From NCBI GenBank assembly GCA_964344755.1, contig CAYFOH010000004.1, positions 1 to 52,324 on the forward strand: a stretch of DNA of 52,324 nucleotides, given 5' to 3'. The stretch is from an uncultured Methanosarcinales archaeon. Its GTDB lineage: Archaea; Nanobdellota; Nanobdellia; Woesearchaeales; GW2011-AR9. Made by a program: the position numbers and the translations under genes. The notes below the pieces were generated by a model, which saw only the letters and a list, made by a program, of their open reading frames with translations, made no database searches and was not told the DNA's origin. Shown here piece after piece: positions 27,019 to 35,199 of the stretch. Position 1 is the stretch's first letter, and every line of letters starts with the position of its first letter.

Positions 27019-27462
27019 ATGGTCTTAGACGAGAAGGATAGTAAAATAGTGGAGGTGCTTAAAGAGCATGCAGAATATACCACTCGGCAGATTTCACGTA
27101 AGATTTTACTTCCAGCTACAACGATTCATACTCGTATTAAGAGACTAAAAAAAGAGAAGATTATCAAAAAGTTTACAGTAGAGTTGGATTATAAAAAAAT
27201 AGGCTTAGGATTTGCTGCTTACATCTTAATCTCTGTAAATTTAAGGTATCTTAAAAAAATCAAAAAATCACAACACGACATTGCTAAGGAGTTAAGGCGG
27301 TTTTACTTTATAGAGAAAGCAGATATTGTTTCAGGAGGGACGGATATAGTTGCTTTTGTTAGGGTAAAAGATGTTGAAGAATTTGATCAAGCACTGTTTA
27401 AAAAAATACAATTGATAGAAGGTGTGGAAAAAACACAATCGTTGATTGTCATAAATGGTTAA
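27019..27462 (+). CDS. Lrp/AsnC family transcriptional regulator
   Basis: LDEKDSKIVEVL HTH, TIHTRIKRL, RAM domain VSGGTDI...GVEKTQS. Confidence 0.92.
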   Translation: MVLDEKDSKIVEVLKEHAEYTTRQISRKILLPATTIHTRIKRLKKEKIIKKFTVELDYKKIGLGFAAYILISVNLRYLKKIKKSQHDIAKELRRFYFIEKADIVSGGTDIVAFVRVKDVEEFDQALFKKIQLIEGVEKTQSLIVING

Positions 27463-27494
27463 CTGATTTCATGTTTAAACACACTCCAAAGAAC

Positions 27495-27580
27495 GCCCTC
27501 TTTTAGGAGGGTACCCAAAAACTCACGTCTGGGCAGCCAGCTTTGCTTTGGCTCTTTAAAGGGCAAAGCTGGTCCAGGCG
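27495..27580 (+). other. GC-rich double hairpin followed by a T-run (terminator or small RNA)
   Basis: GCCCTCT/GGAGGGT, then CGTCTGG..CCAGCTTTGC/GCAAAGCTGG.CCAGGCG. Confidence 0.5.
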
Positions 27581-27637
27581 GTTTTTCTTTAGTTAATCTT
27601 AGTAAGATTTAAAATAAGTTTTAGTTTATTCTAATAA

Positions 27638-28420
27638 ATGGAAATAGAATTTGCTCTTACTAAATCAGTTGATGAAAATGCTGGCAGATATTTTGATTTA
27701 GCAAAAAAAGCTAAAAAAAAATTACAAGGAGCTAAAGATGCTTTAGAGAAGACAAAAAAAGAGTTAGAAGATCTTAAGAAAAAAGAGAGTAAGTTTTTGG
27801 AAGAAGAAGAGAGAAAACAACAAAAGAAAGCTAGGAAGAGGGAATGGTATGAGAAGTTCCATTGGTTTGTTTCTTCAGAAGGATTTCTTTGTATTGGTGG
27901 GAAGGATGCTACATCTAATGAAATTGTTGTAAAAAAACATATGGAAAAAGAAGATATTGTTTTACACACTGACATGGCGGGTTCTCCTTTCTTTATCATT
28001 AAAAACGGTCAAGAAGCTACTGAACAAACGATTAAAGAAGCAGCACAGGCGGTTGCAGTTTATTCTAAAGCTTGGAAGTTGGGGCATGGGACTGCTGATG
28101 TTTTTTATGTTAAACCAGAACAAGTAACCAAACAGGCTAAAGCAGGTGAAAGTTTGCCAAAAGGGGCATTTATGGTTTATGGCAACACAAAATATTTTCA
28201 TCCTAAACTAGAATATGCAATTGGTTTGGTCGATGAGGAAATAGTTGGTGGTCCTCTTGAGGCAATTAAAAGTAAAACAAAGATGTTTGTGGTAGTGATT
28301 CCTGGGAGAGAAAAAAAGAGTGTTTTGGCTAAAAAAATAAAATCTAAATTTAAAGCTGGAGATTTGGATGACATTGTTAAATTTTTGCCAGCAGGTGGTG
28401 GGGAGATTAAGAAGAAGTAG
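27638..28420 (+). CDS. NFACT-R (DUF814) RNA-binding protein, short Rqc2/NEMF-like
   Basis: ENAGRYFDLAKKAKKK, WYEKFHWF, GGKDATSNE, LHTDMAGSP, AVYSKAW. Confidence 0.9.
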   Translation: MEIEFALTKSVDENAGRYFDLAKKAKKKLQGAKDALEKTKKELEDLKKKESKFLEEEERKQQKKARKREWYEKFHWFVSSEGFLCIGGKDATSNEIVVKKHMEKEDIVLHTDMAGSPFFIIKNGQEATEQTIKEAAQAVAVYSKAWKLGHGTADVFYVKPEQVTKQAKAGESLPKGAFMVYGNTKYFHPKLEYAIGLVDEEIVGGPLEAIKSKTKMFVVVIPGREKKSVLAKKIKSKFKAGDLDDIVKFLPAGGGEIKKK

Positions 28421-28712
28421 GGGGACTAAGTCCCCCCAAAAATTTTAGTACCCTACTCCCCTGTTTACTTTTAGGTCGTAGCCTTTTTCTGTGGCCTACC
28501 TCTAGGATGTAAATGATTAATTGGTTTTGAAGAATATCAATAATTATTCTATAATTGCCTACTCTTAATCTAAAATAAGGATTACCTACAAGCTTTTTTA
28601 CACGGGCATGTGGTCTGATTCTTTCTAAAGATAATATGATCCTTCTTTGGATATTTTTATCTAACTTTTTTAATTGTTTTAGGAATTCTTTTGTATAAAC
28701 AAGAGCATACAT
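28407..28712 (-). CDS. RelE/ParE family toxin (aberrant C-terminus)
   Basis: FLKQLKKLDK...KKLVG..YFRLRVGNYRII...VGHRK. Confidence 0.85.
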   Translation of the reverse strand: MYALVYTKEFLKQLKKLDKNIQRRIILSLERIRPHARVKKLVGNPYFRLRVGNYRIIIDILQNQLIIYILEVGHRKRLRPKSKQGSRVLKFLGGLSPPTSS

Positions 28713-28930
28713 TACAAACCTAACTCCTTTTTAATTTGTTCGTGTGTGTAAGTTCTACCTTCTTTAACATCTTTTATGGCCATCTCCAAATGTTTTTTTG
28801 TTTCTTTAGATAATTCCATAGCGTCCTCTAAAAGATCCCAAATTACTTCTTCATAAGTCTCTTTAATATAGAGTTTTCTTTTTTTTAATTCTGAGACTAG
28901 ATTTTCACTAACTTGGATTGTTGTTGCCAT
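28712..28930 (-). CDS. Antitoxin partner of RelE
   Basis: MATTIQVS...ETYEEVIWDL...GRTYTHEQIKKELGL; overlaps the toxin start. Confidence 0.85.
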   Translation of the reverse strand: MATTIQVSENLVSELKKRKLYIKETYEEVIWDLLEDAMELSKETKKHLEMAIKDVKEGRTYTHEQIKKELGL

Positions 28931-29006
28931 AGACGTCTATAGTAGGGTATATTATATAAACTGTTCGGTTAATTTTAAAAAGGAGATCGAATTTTTTTCT
29001 TGCAAT

Positions 29007-29133
29007 GCCCTTGTAGTATAATGGATACTTGCCGCAGGCAAGGTTTAGCCGGCAGCCAAAAAGTATGCAAGGTTGCGGTTATGATTAACTTAGCAAAGAC
29101 CTTGAGATCGGAGTTCAATTCTTCGCAAGGGCA
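29007..29133 (+). tRNA. tRNA-Arg(GCG) with D-loop intron (about 29027-29061) and 37/38 intron (29079-29098)
   Basis: Acceptor GCCCTTG/CAAGGGC; anticodon arm CAAGG-TTGCGG|A-CCTTG with BHB helix TTGC/GCAA; T-arm CGGAG-TTCAATT-CTTCG. Confidence 0.88.
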
Positions 29134-29211
29134 TTTAAATTTAAAGGTGAAAAGATACTTGAAGAAATTTCTTTTCAATAGATTTATATAATAAACTAAT
29201 TTATATTTAAT

Positions 29212-29451
29212 ATGGCAAAAATAACTTTATATCAATTCGAAACTTGTCCTTTCTGTGCTAAGGTTAGAGCTAAATTAGAAGAAAAAGGCTTAGATTACAA
29301 AAAAGTTAATGTCCCACAGGATAGGGAAAGTGTATTAAGAAAAGAAATTGCTGAAAAAAGTGGTGTATCTACTGTACCAGTAATTGAGATTGATGGAAAA
29401 TGGATGGGTGAAAGTGATGCAATTGTTAATTATTTAGAAAAAAATTTTTGA
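29212..29451 (+). CDS. Glutaredoxin
   Basis: CPFC, TVP and ESDAIVNYL. Confidence 0.92.
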   Translation: MAKITLYQFETCPFCAKVRAKLEEKGLDYKKVNVPQDRESVLRKEIAEKSGVSTVPVIEIDGKWMGESDAIVNYLEKNF

Positions 29452-29749
29452 CTAATGCAATAATTATTACTAAACTTATAATTGTAGCATCAATGGCTTT
29501 ACTTTCTTTCTCGTTTATTTTTTTATTAAATAACTCTTTTGAAACTTGTTGAAAAAAATGTTCTTTTTTAGATAAACCATGAATTTTTCTTTGCCAGATT
29601 GATAATAAACAATCTCCAAAAACAAAAAATTGTAAACGATGCAGTGATACAATCCCTAGGACAACATAAAAAGGAAGAAAGAAACCCATACTAAGACCAA
29701 AAAGAATGATTAAAATATGTAAAAAGAAAAGAAGTTTAACTAAATTCAT
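29426..29749 (-). CDS. Small membrane protein (DUF2784-like)
   Basis: Three hydrophobic segments; FGDCLLSIWQ motif. Confidence 0.6.
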   Translation of the reverse strand: MNLVKLLFFLHILIILFGLSMGFFLPFYVVLGIVSLHRLQFFVFGDCLLSIWQRKIHGLSKKEHFFQQVSKELFNKKINEKESKAIDATIISLVIIIALVKNFFLNN

Positions 29750-31107
29750 TGTGCTTTCCTTACAGCATTTCTGACAATTTCTGGTAAAGCTGGGTGGATA
29801 TAAATTACCTTCAGAAGATCTTCTAGCTTAGCATCAAACGTCATAGCATAGATTAGCTGATGGACCATAGTAGCTGCCTCTTCGCCAATGATGTGGGCAC
29901 CTAAAAGTTTCTTGTTTTTTTTATGGAACAACAATTTAACAAAACCGGTTTCTGGGATTCTGGCCATACCTTGTGCACTATCTTTATACCAATTTAACCC
30001 GACAAAATAAGGTGTCTTTTCTTCTTTAAGTTGGTCTTCAGTTTTACCGACAGAAGCTATTTCAGGGTAAGAGAAGACAGCGTGAGGCATTGGTGGATAT
30101 TTAATTGGTTTTTTCTTCTTTTCTTTAAAATGTGTTCTAAAAAGATATTCTCCTTCAAAATTGACACTATGTCTAAACATATAATTTCCTACAACGTCTC
30201 CTAAAGCATAAATATTTTTTACGGAAGTTTCCAGAAAGTGATTAACTTTAATGAAGCCTTTAGATGTAAGTCTAATAGAAGTGTTTTCTAAACCTAAATT
30301 TTTAGTATTGGGTTGAACTCCTGTTGCCACCAACAAACCATCCCCGGAGATTTTACTTAAACCTTTCTTGGATCTTAATGTAAGAACAAATTTTCCTTTC
30401 TTGTACTCAATTTTTTCTGTATTAATGTTAAAATGAACATGATAATGTTTGGCAAATTGTTTTGTAAACTCTCTTCTAACCTCAAGGTCCTCTCGAGCTA
30501 ATAATTCTTTACCTCGAACTAAAAGATGGACTTCAGATCCAAGTGAACCGTAGGCGTGTCCCAATTCACAGCCGATATAGCCGCCTCCCAATACTAATAG
30601 CTTCTTGACTTTCTTTCTATTACGCAAAGCTTCAGTACTGGTCATAAAAGGAGTTCCTTCAAGTCCGGGGATTTTAGGGACAAAAGGACTAGCTCCAGTG
30701 GCAACAAATATTTTCTTTGCTGTTAATTTTTCACCATTAACTTCTACTATCTTGTTAGATAAAAATTTGGCATGTCCATGAAAATAATCTAGATTTTTCT
30801 TCTTATTGTAAAATCTGGGGATACTTCTAGAATCTGCATCAGTTTCTCGATTTATCCGTTTAACCAACTTTGGAAAATCAATGCTAGAAATACTGCTTTT
30901 GATACCATATTTTTTGGCTTCTCTTATTTGTTGAGCAACATTAGCAGGATGGATAAACATTTTTGAGGGAATACAACCTCTATTAAGACATGTTCCGCCC
31001 CATTTTGATTTTTCAATGATGGCTGCTTTATAGCCTATATTTGCTGCTGGGGTTGATATTTTAGTCCCCCCTCCGGATCCAATGACTAAAACGTCGTATT
31101 TTTTCAT
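29746..31107 (-). CDS. Pyridine nucleotide-disulfide oxidoreductase (dihydrolipoyl dehydrogenase / mycothione reductase-like)
   Basis: GGTCLNRGCIPSK, GGGYIGCE, YALGD, IHPALPE. Confidence 0.92.
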   Translation of the reverse strand: MKKYDVLVIGSGGGTKISTPAANIGYKAAIIEKSKWGGTCLNRGCIPSKMFIHPANVAQQIREAKKYGIKSSISSIDFPKLVKRINRETDADSRSIPRFYNKKKNLDYFHGHAKFLSNKIVEVNGEKLTAKKIFVATGASPFVPKIPGLEGTPFMTSTEALRNRKKVKKLLVLGGGYIGCELGHAYGSLGSEVHLLVRGKELLAREDLEVRREFTKQFAKHYHVHFNINTEKIEYKKGKFVLTLRSKKGLSKISGDGLLVATGVQPNTKNLGLENTSIRLTSKGFIKVNHFLETSVKNIYALGDVVGNYMFRHSVNFEGEYLFRTHFKEKKKKPIKYPPMPHAVFSYPEIASVGKTEDQLKEEKTPYFVGLNWYKDSAQGMARIPETGFVKLLFHKKNKKLLGAHIIGEEAATMVHQLIYAMTFDAKLEDLLKVIYIHPALPEIVRNAVRKAQ

Positions 31108-31151
31108 GGTTTAGACATTTTTTTTAAATTAATAAAACTATTCTTTTTGCC

Positions 31152-31489
31152 GGCTTCATCCGGAATAGAGTAAATATGTATACTAACACACCCTACTCCA
31201 TTTTTGTTTTCTTAACTGTCGCCGCCATTATTACTACATTTTACGCTAGTAATAATGTAGTGGCGCGATGGAACTGATTATGTATCTATACGAAGTATAG
31301 AGTTATAGTCAGTGAAATAGGGTAAGAAAACAAAAACTACGTCTGGCCATGCAGTGATATGCATAGCATATCCCAGCATATCACGGCACATAACGAAAAT
31401 TAGAAATTTTCGGAATGTCCCGAAAATGGAACATTTTCGATACAGACGGTTGTGTTAATATACATTATTGTGTTATTCCGGATGTGGCC
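31152..31489 (+). ncRNA. Unidentified highly structured RNA element closed by a canonical BHB motif
   Basis: Nested long helices, upstream TTTAAATT box and downstream T-run; see findings. Confidence 0.6.
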
Positions 31490-31575
31490 TTTTTTGCCAT
31501 CTATCTCGTTTAGCACCAAAAGATATAAAAAGGCATATAGCAAAGCTTAGTAAACTATCTATTTGGAGGAATAAA

Positions 31576-32016
31576 ATGGAAGGAAAAGTAAAGTTTTACA
31601 ACCGAATGAAAGGTTATGGTTTCATCGTGGGAAACGATGGTAAAGAGTATTTTGTACATTTCTCAGCGTTAGGAGAAGGAGTTTTCTTAAAAGAAAATGA
31701 TGCTGTTTCTTTTGATCCTGTGGAATCAGAAAGAGGATGGCAAGCGCAAAATGTCAAAATTTTAGAAGGTGGAAGTGAAGCACCTGCTCAAGAAGCTAGT
31801 GAAGAACCAATGGACGAATCTTCTGATGACTCTGGTGACGACTCTGAAGAATCAATGGATGAATCTTCTGATGACTCTGGCGACGACTCTGAAGAACCAA
31901 TGGATGAATCTTCTGATGACTCTGGTGACGACTCTGAAGAATCAATGGATGAATCTTCTGATGGTTCTGGCGATGACTCTGATGATGAATCTGAAGAAAA
32001 ACCAGCTTCTGAATAA
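31576..32016 (+). CDS. Cold-shock domain protein with acidic repeat tail
   Basis: Start MEGKVKFYN follows GGAGG; RNP1 KGYGFI and RNP2 YFVHFS. Confidence 0.92.
   Translation: MEGKVKFYNRMKGYGFIVGNDGKEYFVHFSALGEGVFLKENDAVSFDPVESERGWQAQNVKILEGGSEAPAQEASEEPMDESSDDSGDDSEESMDESSDDSGDDSEEPMDESSDDSGDDSEESMDESSDGSGDDSDDESEEKPASE
31801..31980 (+). repeat. 4 x 45-bp coding tandem repeat (EE[P/S]MDESSDDSGDDS)
   Basis: Units start at 31801, 31846, 31891 and 31936; variants alternate, giving a 90-bp higher-order period. Confidence 0.95.
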
Positions 32017-32121
32017 TTTTTTTTAATTTATTTTTCTTTTAATTCTTATAGGAATTTTTTTGTCAAGACCATTTAAGTACTTTTTAATTTTCTAATTGGG
32101 AAAAGATAAGAGGTTAATAAA

Positions 32122-33312
32122 ATGACAGAAAAATATTTTTTTACGTCTGAGAGCGTTACGGAAGGCCATCCAGACAAATTGTGTGACCAAATAAGTGATG
32201 CAGTACTGGATGCAATACTAAAAGAAGATCCTAATGCTAGGGTGGCGGTTGAATGTCTTACAAAGACAGGATTTGTTGTAGTAGCTGGCGAGGTAACAAC
32301 AACAGCTTATGTTGATGTCCAAAAAATTGCTAGAGAAACAATTCTTAATACAGGATACAGTAAACCAGAATACGGTTTTGATGGTTCTACCTGTGGGGTT
32401 TTAACAGCGATTTCTGAACAGTCTCCAGATATTGCTAAAGGAGTTAATGAAGGTGAAGGAACTTACGAAGAGCAAGGGGCAGGTGACCAGGGATTGATGT
32501 TTGGTTATGCCACTAACGAGACGCCGGAATATATGCCTTTGCCAATTATTTTAGCACATAAGTTGACTAAAAGATTAGCTAGTGCTAGACAAAGAGGAGA
32601 AATTTGGTACTTACGTCCAGATGGAAAATCACAAGTAACAGTAGAATATGAGGAAGGAAAGCCAAGAAGAGTAGATACTGTTGTTATTAGTACACAACAC
32701 CATCCTGATGTTGACTTAGAGACTATTCGAAGAGACGTTATTGAGAAAATAATTAAACCAATATGTCAAGAATGGGTTGATAATGATACTAAATATTTTA
32801 TTAATCCAACAGGCACTTTTGTCATTGGTGGTCCGGTTGGAGACGCAGGATTAACAGGGAGAAAAATAATTGTTGATACTTATGGTGGTCAAGGTTCTCA
32901 TGGTGGTGGTTGTTTTTCAGGAAAGGATCCTAGTAAGGTTGACCGATCAGCTTCTTACTATGCTAGGTATGTTGCTAAAAATGTTGTAGCAGCAGGTTTA
33001 GCAGATAAGTGTGAATTGCAAGTAGCTTATGCTATTGGTGTTGCTGAACCTGTTAGTATCTTAGTGGATACTTTTGGAACAGGTAAAGTGTCTAAAAGCA
33101 AGATAGTAGAGTTAGTAAAAGAGAATTTTGATTTTCGTCCTAAAGCAATTATTGAACAGCTTAACTTAAGAAGGCCAATTTATCAGAAAACAGCTGCTTA
33201 TGGTCATTTTGGTAGAAACGATCCAGATTTTACTTGGGAAAAAACAGATAAGGCTGATTTGTTGAAAAGGGCTATAGAAGAAGTGACTTTAAAGACAACA
33301 ACTAATTTTTAA
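32122..33312 (+). CDS. metK: S-adenosylmethionine synthetase, bacterial/eukaryotic type
   Basis: [43 protein letters not shown]. Confidence 0.97.
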   Translation: MTEKYFFTSESVTEGHPDKLCDQISDAVLDAILKEDPNARVAVECLTKTGFVVVAGEVTTTAYVDVQKIARETILNTGYSKPEYGFDGSTCGVLTAISEQSPDIAKGVNEGEGTYEEQGAGDQGLMFGYATNETPEYMPLPIILAHKLTKRLASARQRGEIWYLRPDGKSQVTVEYEEGKPRRVDTVVISTQHHPDVDLETIRRDVIEKIIKPICQEWVDNDTKYFINPTGTFVIGGPVGDAGLTGRKIIVDTYGGQGSHGGGCFSGKDPSKVDRSASYYARYVAKNVVAAGLADKCELQVAYAIGVAEPVSILVDTFGTGKVSKSKIVELVKENFDFRPKAIIEQLNLRRPIYQKTAAYGHFGRNDPDFTWEKTDKADLLKRAIEEVTLKTTTNF

Positions 33313-33313
33313 G

Positions 33314-33712
33314 TTATTCTTTTTTCTTTTTTTCTAATTCTCTCAGCCACATCAAGCCGATCTTAATCATCATTTTGTTAAACTTTTCAGAAATCTTGTA
33401 GGTCTTTTTGTATAAATCGTAATCAATTAAACCCATGCCACGCATAGGGGTTAAAATTCTGTCATAAAATTGCCTTTTGTTATAAGAAATCCGAATTTCT
33501 TTCTGTAAAGGAGACTTACCCTGTTCTTGGACAATGGCTTTTCCTTCGTGCAGTTTTGTGGCAAATAAACTCATTTCTGTCTTATTGATCTCACCACCAT
33601 TTTTCCAGATATAATTAGCTAACATCTTAGCTACAACTTCTTGCTGTTCTGTAGCAAAAATCAGTTTATAAATGTCATCTGGAAGATTGTTTTGATCAAA
33701 GAGAATAACCAT
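33314..33712 (-). CDS. Hypothetical protein (possible winged helix)
   Basis: YNKRQFYDRILTPMRGMGLIDYD...YKIS pattern. Confidence 0.7.
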   Translation of the reverse strand: MVILFDQNNLPDDIYKLIFATEQQEVVAKMLANYIWKNGGEINKTEMSLFATKLHEGKAIVQEQGKSPLQKEIRISYNKRQFYDRILTPMRGMGLIDYDLYKKTYKISEKFNKMMIKIGLMWLRELEKKKKE

Positions 33713-33825
33713 CAAACATTAAAAGTTAATTTACTATATAAATATTACTTAAAGGTATACTGGTTGACCTAATTTACTACTCTTAGAAGAAACATTTATA
33801 AATGATGGCTTTAATTTGAACGATT

Positions 33826-34014
33826 ATGGGAAGAATTAAAACTACTTTTGTTAAGAGACAAACAAAGAAGCTCTTACAGATGCATGGCGAACGTTTTTCT
33901 AGTAATTTTTCTGAAAACAAGTTGCTTGTAGGCCAGTATGCTAAAGTTGTTAGCAAAAAATTAAGGAATATTATTGCTGGTTATATGACAAGGCTTAAAA
34001 GAAAAGGTCTTTAA
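33826..34014 (+). CDS. rps17e: 30S ribosomal protein S17e
   Basis: MGRIKT...FSENK...SKKLRNIIAGYMTR. Confidence 0.96.
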   Translation: MGRIKTTFVKRQTKKLLQMHGERFSSNFSENKLLVGQYAKVVSKKLRNIIAGYMTRLKRKGL

Positions 34015-34039
34015 CTTAGAGGTTAGGCTTTATCTTAAA

Positions 34040-34115
34040 ATGAGCGACATAAATTCAGTATTTGTTGGTAATAAACCTTTCATGAACTAGCATTGAGATT
34101 ACTTTAGTAAAAAAA
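34040..34115 (+). pseudogene. albA: Internally deleted alba (DNA/RNA-binding protein Alba) remnant
   Basis: MSDINSVFVGNKPFMN* (Alba N-terminus) is joined directly, in another frame, to SIEITLVKK (Alba C-terminus). Confidence 0.75.
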
Positions 34116-34169
34116 ATTGAATTTGGTTGCCAAAAGTTATTTAAATCTAAGAAATAACATTTTGTTGTT

Positions 34170-34580
34170 ATGTTTAAAAAGAAGAGGAAGGATAATCATA
34201 AAAACGGAAAAAAACCCTCTTTTCATCATGAGTTTACTTTAGGAGAGAGACTAGCAGATAAGATTGCTGAATTTGGTGGTAGTTGGACTTTTATTGCTAG
34301 CCTGTTGATTTTTTTAGTCCTTTGGATGATGTTTAATGTATATGCTGCGACAAGAAATTTTGATCCTTATCCTTTTATTCTTTTAAATCTGTTTTTGTCT
34401 TGCTTGGCGGCGCTTCAAGCTCCAATTATTTTAATGGCTCAAAACAGACAAGCTGATAGGGATAGAATAGATTCTAAATATAATTATAGAGTTAACAGAA
34501 AAGCTGAAAGAGAAATCCAGGATGTACAAAGGGATTTAGAGAAAATTATGAGGGCAATTAAAGAAATAAAAAGAAAATAA
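34170..34580 (+). CDS. DUF1003 membrane protein
   Basis: ADKIAEFGGSWTF, FDPYPFILLNLFLSCLAALQAPIILMAQNRQ. Confidence 0.93.
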   Translation: MFKKKRKDNHKNGKKPSFHHEFTLGERLADKIAEFGGSWTFIASLLIFLVLWMMFNVYAATRNFDPYPFILLNLFLSCLAALQAPIILMAQNRQADRDRIDSKYNYRVNRKAEREIQDVQRDLEKIMRAIKEIKRK

Positions 34581-35093
34581 TTATTTTTTATATAATTTTA
34601 ACGATTTTTGGAACTCTTCTTTTGCTTCTTTCGCTCCTTTGAAACCTTTTACTTCCACTTTTTTTCCTTGTAGATCTTTGTAGTGTTCCATGAAATGTTT
34701 TATTTCTTTTAGGAAATGTTCAGGTAAATCCTTAAGATCCTTAACGTCTTTGTAAAAAGGATCGTCTACTGGGACACAGATTAATTTTGAATCACTTTCC
34801 CCTCCATCAATCATGACCATTAGTGCTACTGGTCTAGATTTTATTAGAATTCCAGGAAAGGTAGGTTCTCTCATTAATACATAGGCGTCTAAAGGGTCAC
34901 CGTCTTCACAAAGGCTTTGTGGAACAAACCCGTAATCTGCTGAATAAACAAAGGGGCTGTAAATTACACGGTCTAGTGCGAAAAGCTTTTTTTCTTTATC
35001 ATATTCGTATTTGTTTCTACATCCTTTTGGGATTTCAACTATAACATTAATTTCGTTTTCCGTACCAGGAGAAATATCTTTTACTAAATCCAT
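34581..35093 (-). CDS. ppa: Inorganic pyrophosphatase, family I
   Basis: EIPKG.RNKYEYD, YGFVPQSLCEDGDPLD, DSKL. Confidence 0.96.
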   Translation of the reverse strand: MDLVKDISPGTENEINVIVEIPKGCRNKYEYDKEKKLFALDRVIYSPFVYSADYGFVPQSLCEDGDPLDAYVLMREPTFPGILIKSRPVALMVMIDGGESDSKLICVPVDDPFYKDVKDLKDLPEHFLKEIKHFMEHYKDLQGKKVEVKGFKGAKEAKEEFQKSLKLYKK

Positions 35094-35199
35094 TGTATGA
35101 TCACCTTTATTAGTTGTGGTTAATTGTTTTGGTTTTCTCTTTAAAAAAGTTGTGTTAAATTAACATAAAATTAAAAAAGACATGGTAACTTAAAAAAAG

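Noticed and set aside
31152..31489. SRP RNA, RNase P RNA, rRNA fragment or integron attC as the identity of the structured element
   Set aside because: No SRP helix-8 (CAGG/GNRA/AGCA), no RNase P GAGGAAAGUCC-type or terminal conserved regions, and no rRNA motif recognised. TAAC...GTTA ends exist, but the element is far longer than typical attC sites and no integrase or cassette array is nearby.
31468..31575. N-terminal extension of the cold-shock ORF
   Set aside because: It overlaps the structured element and promoter; a GGAGG SD precedes the ATG at 31576.
31801..31980. Possible CRISPR array
   Set aside because: Contiguous in-frame coding repeats with no unique spacers; no cas genes in the window.
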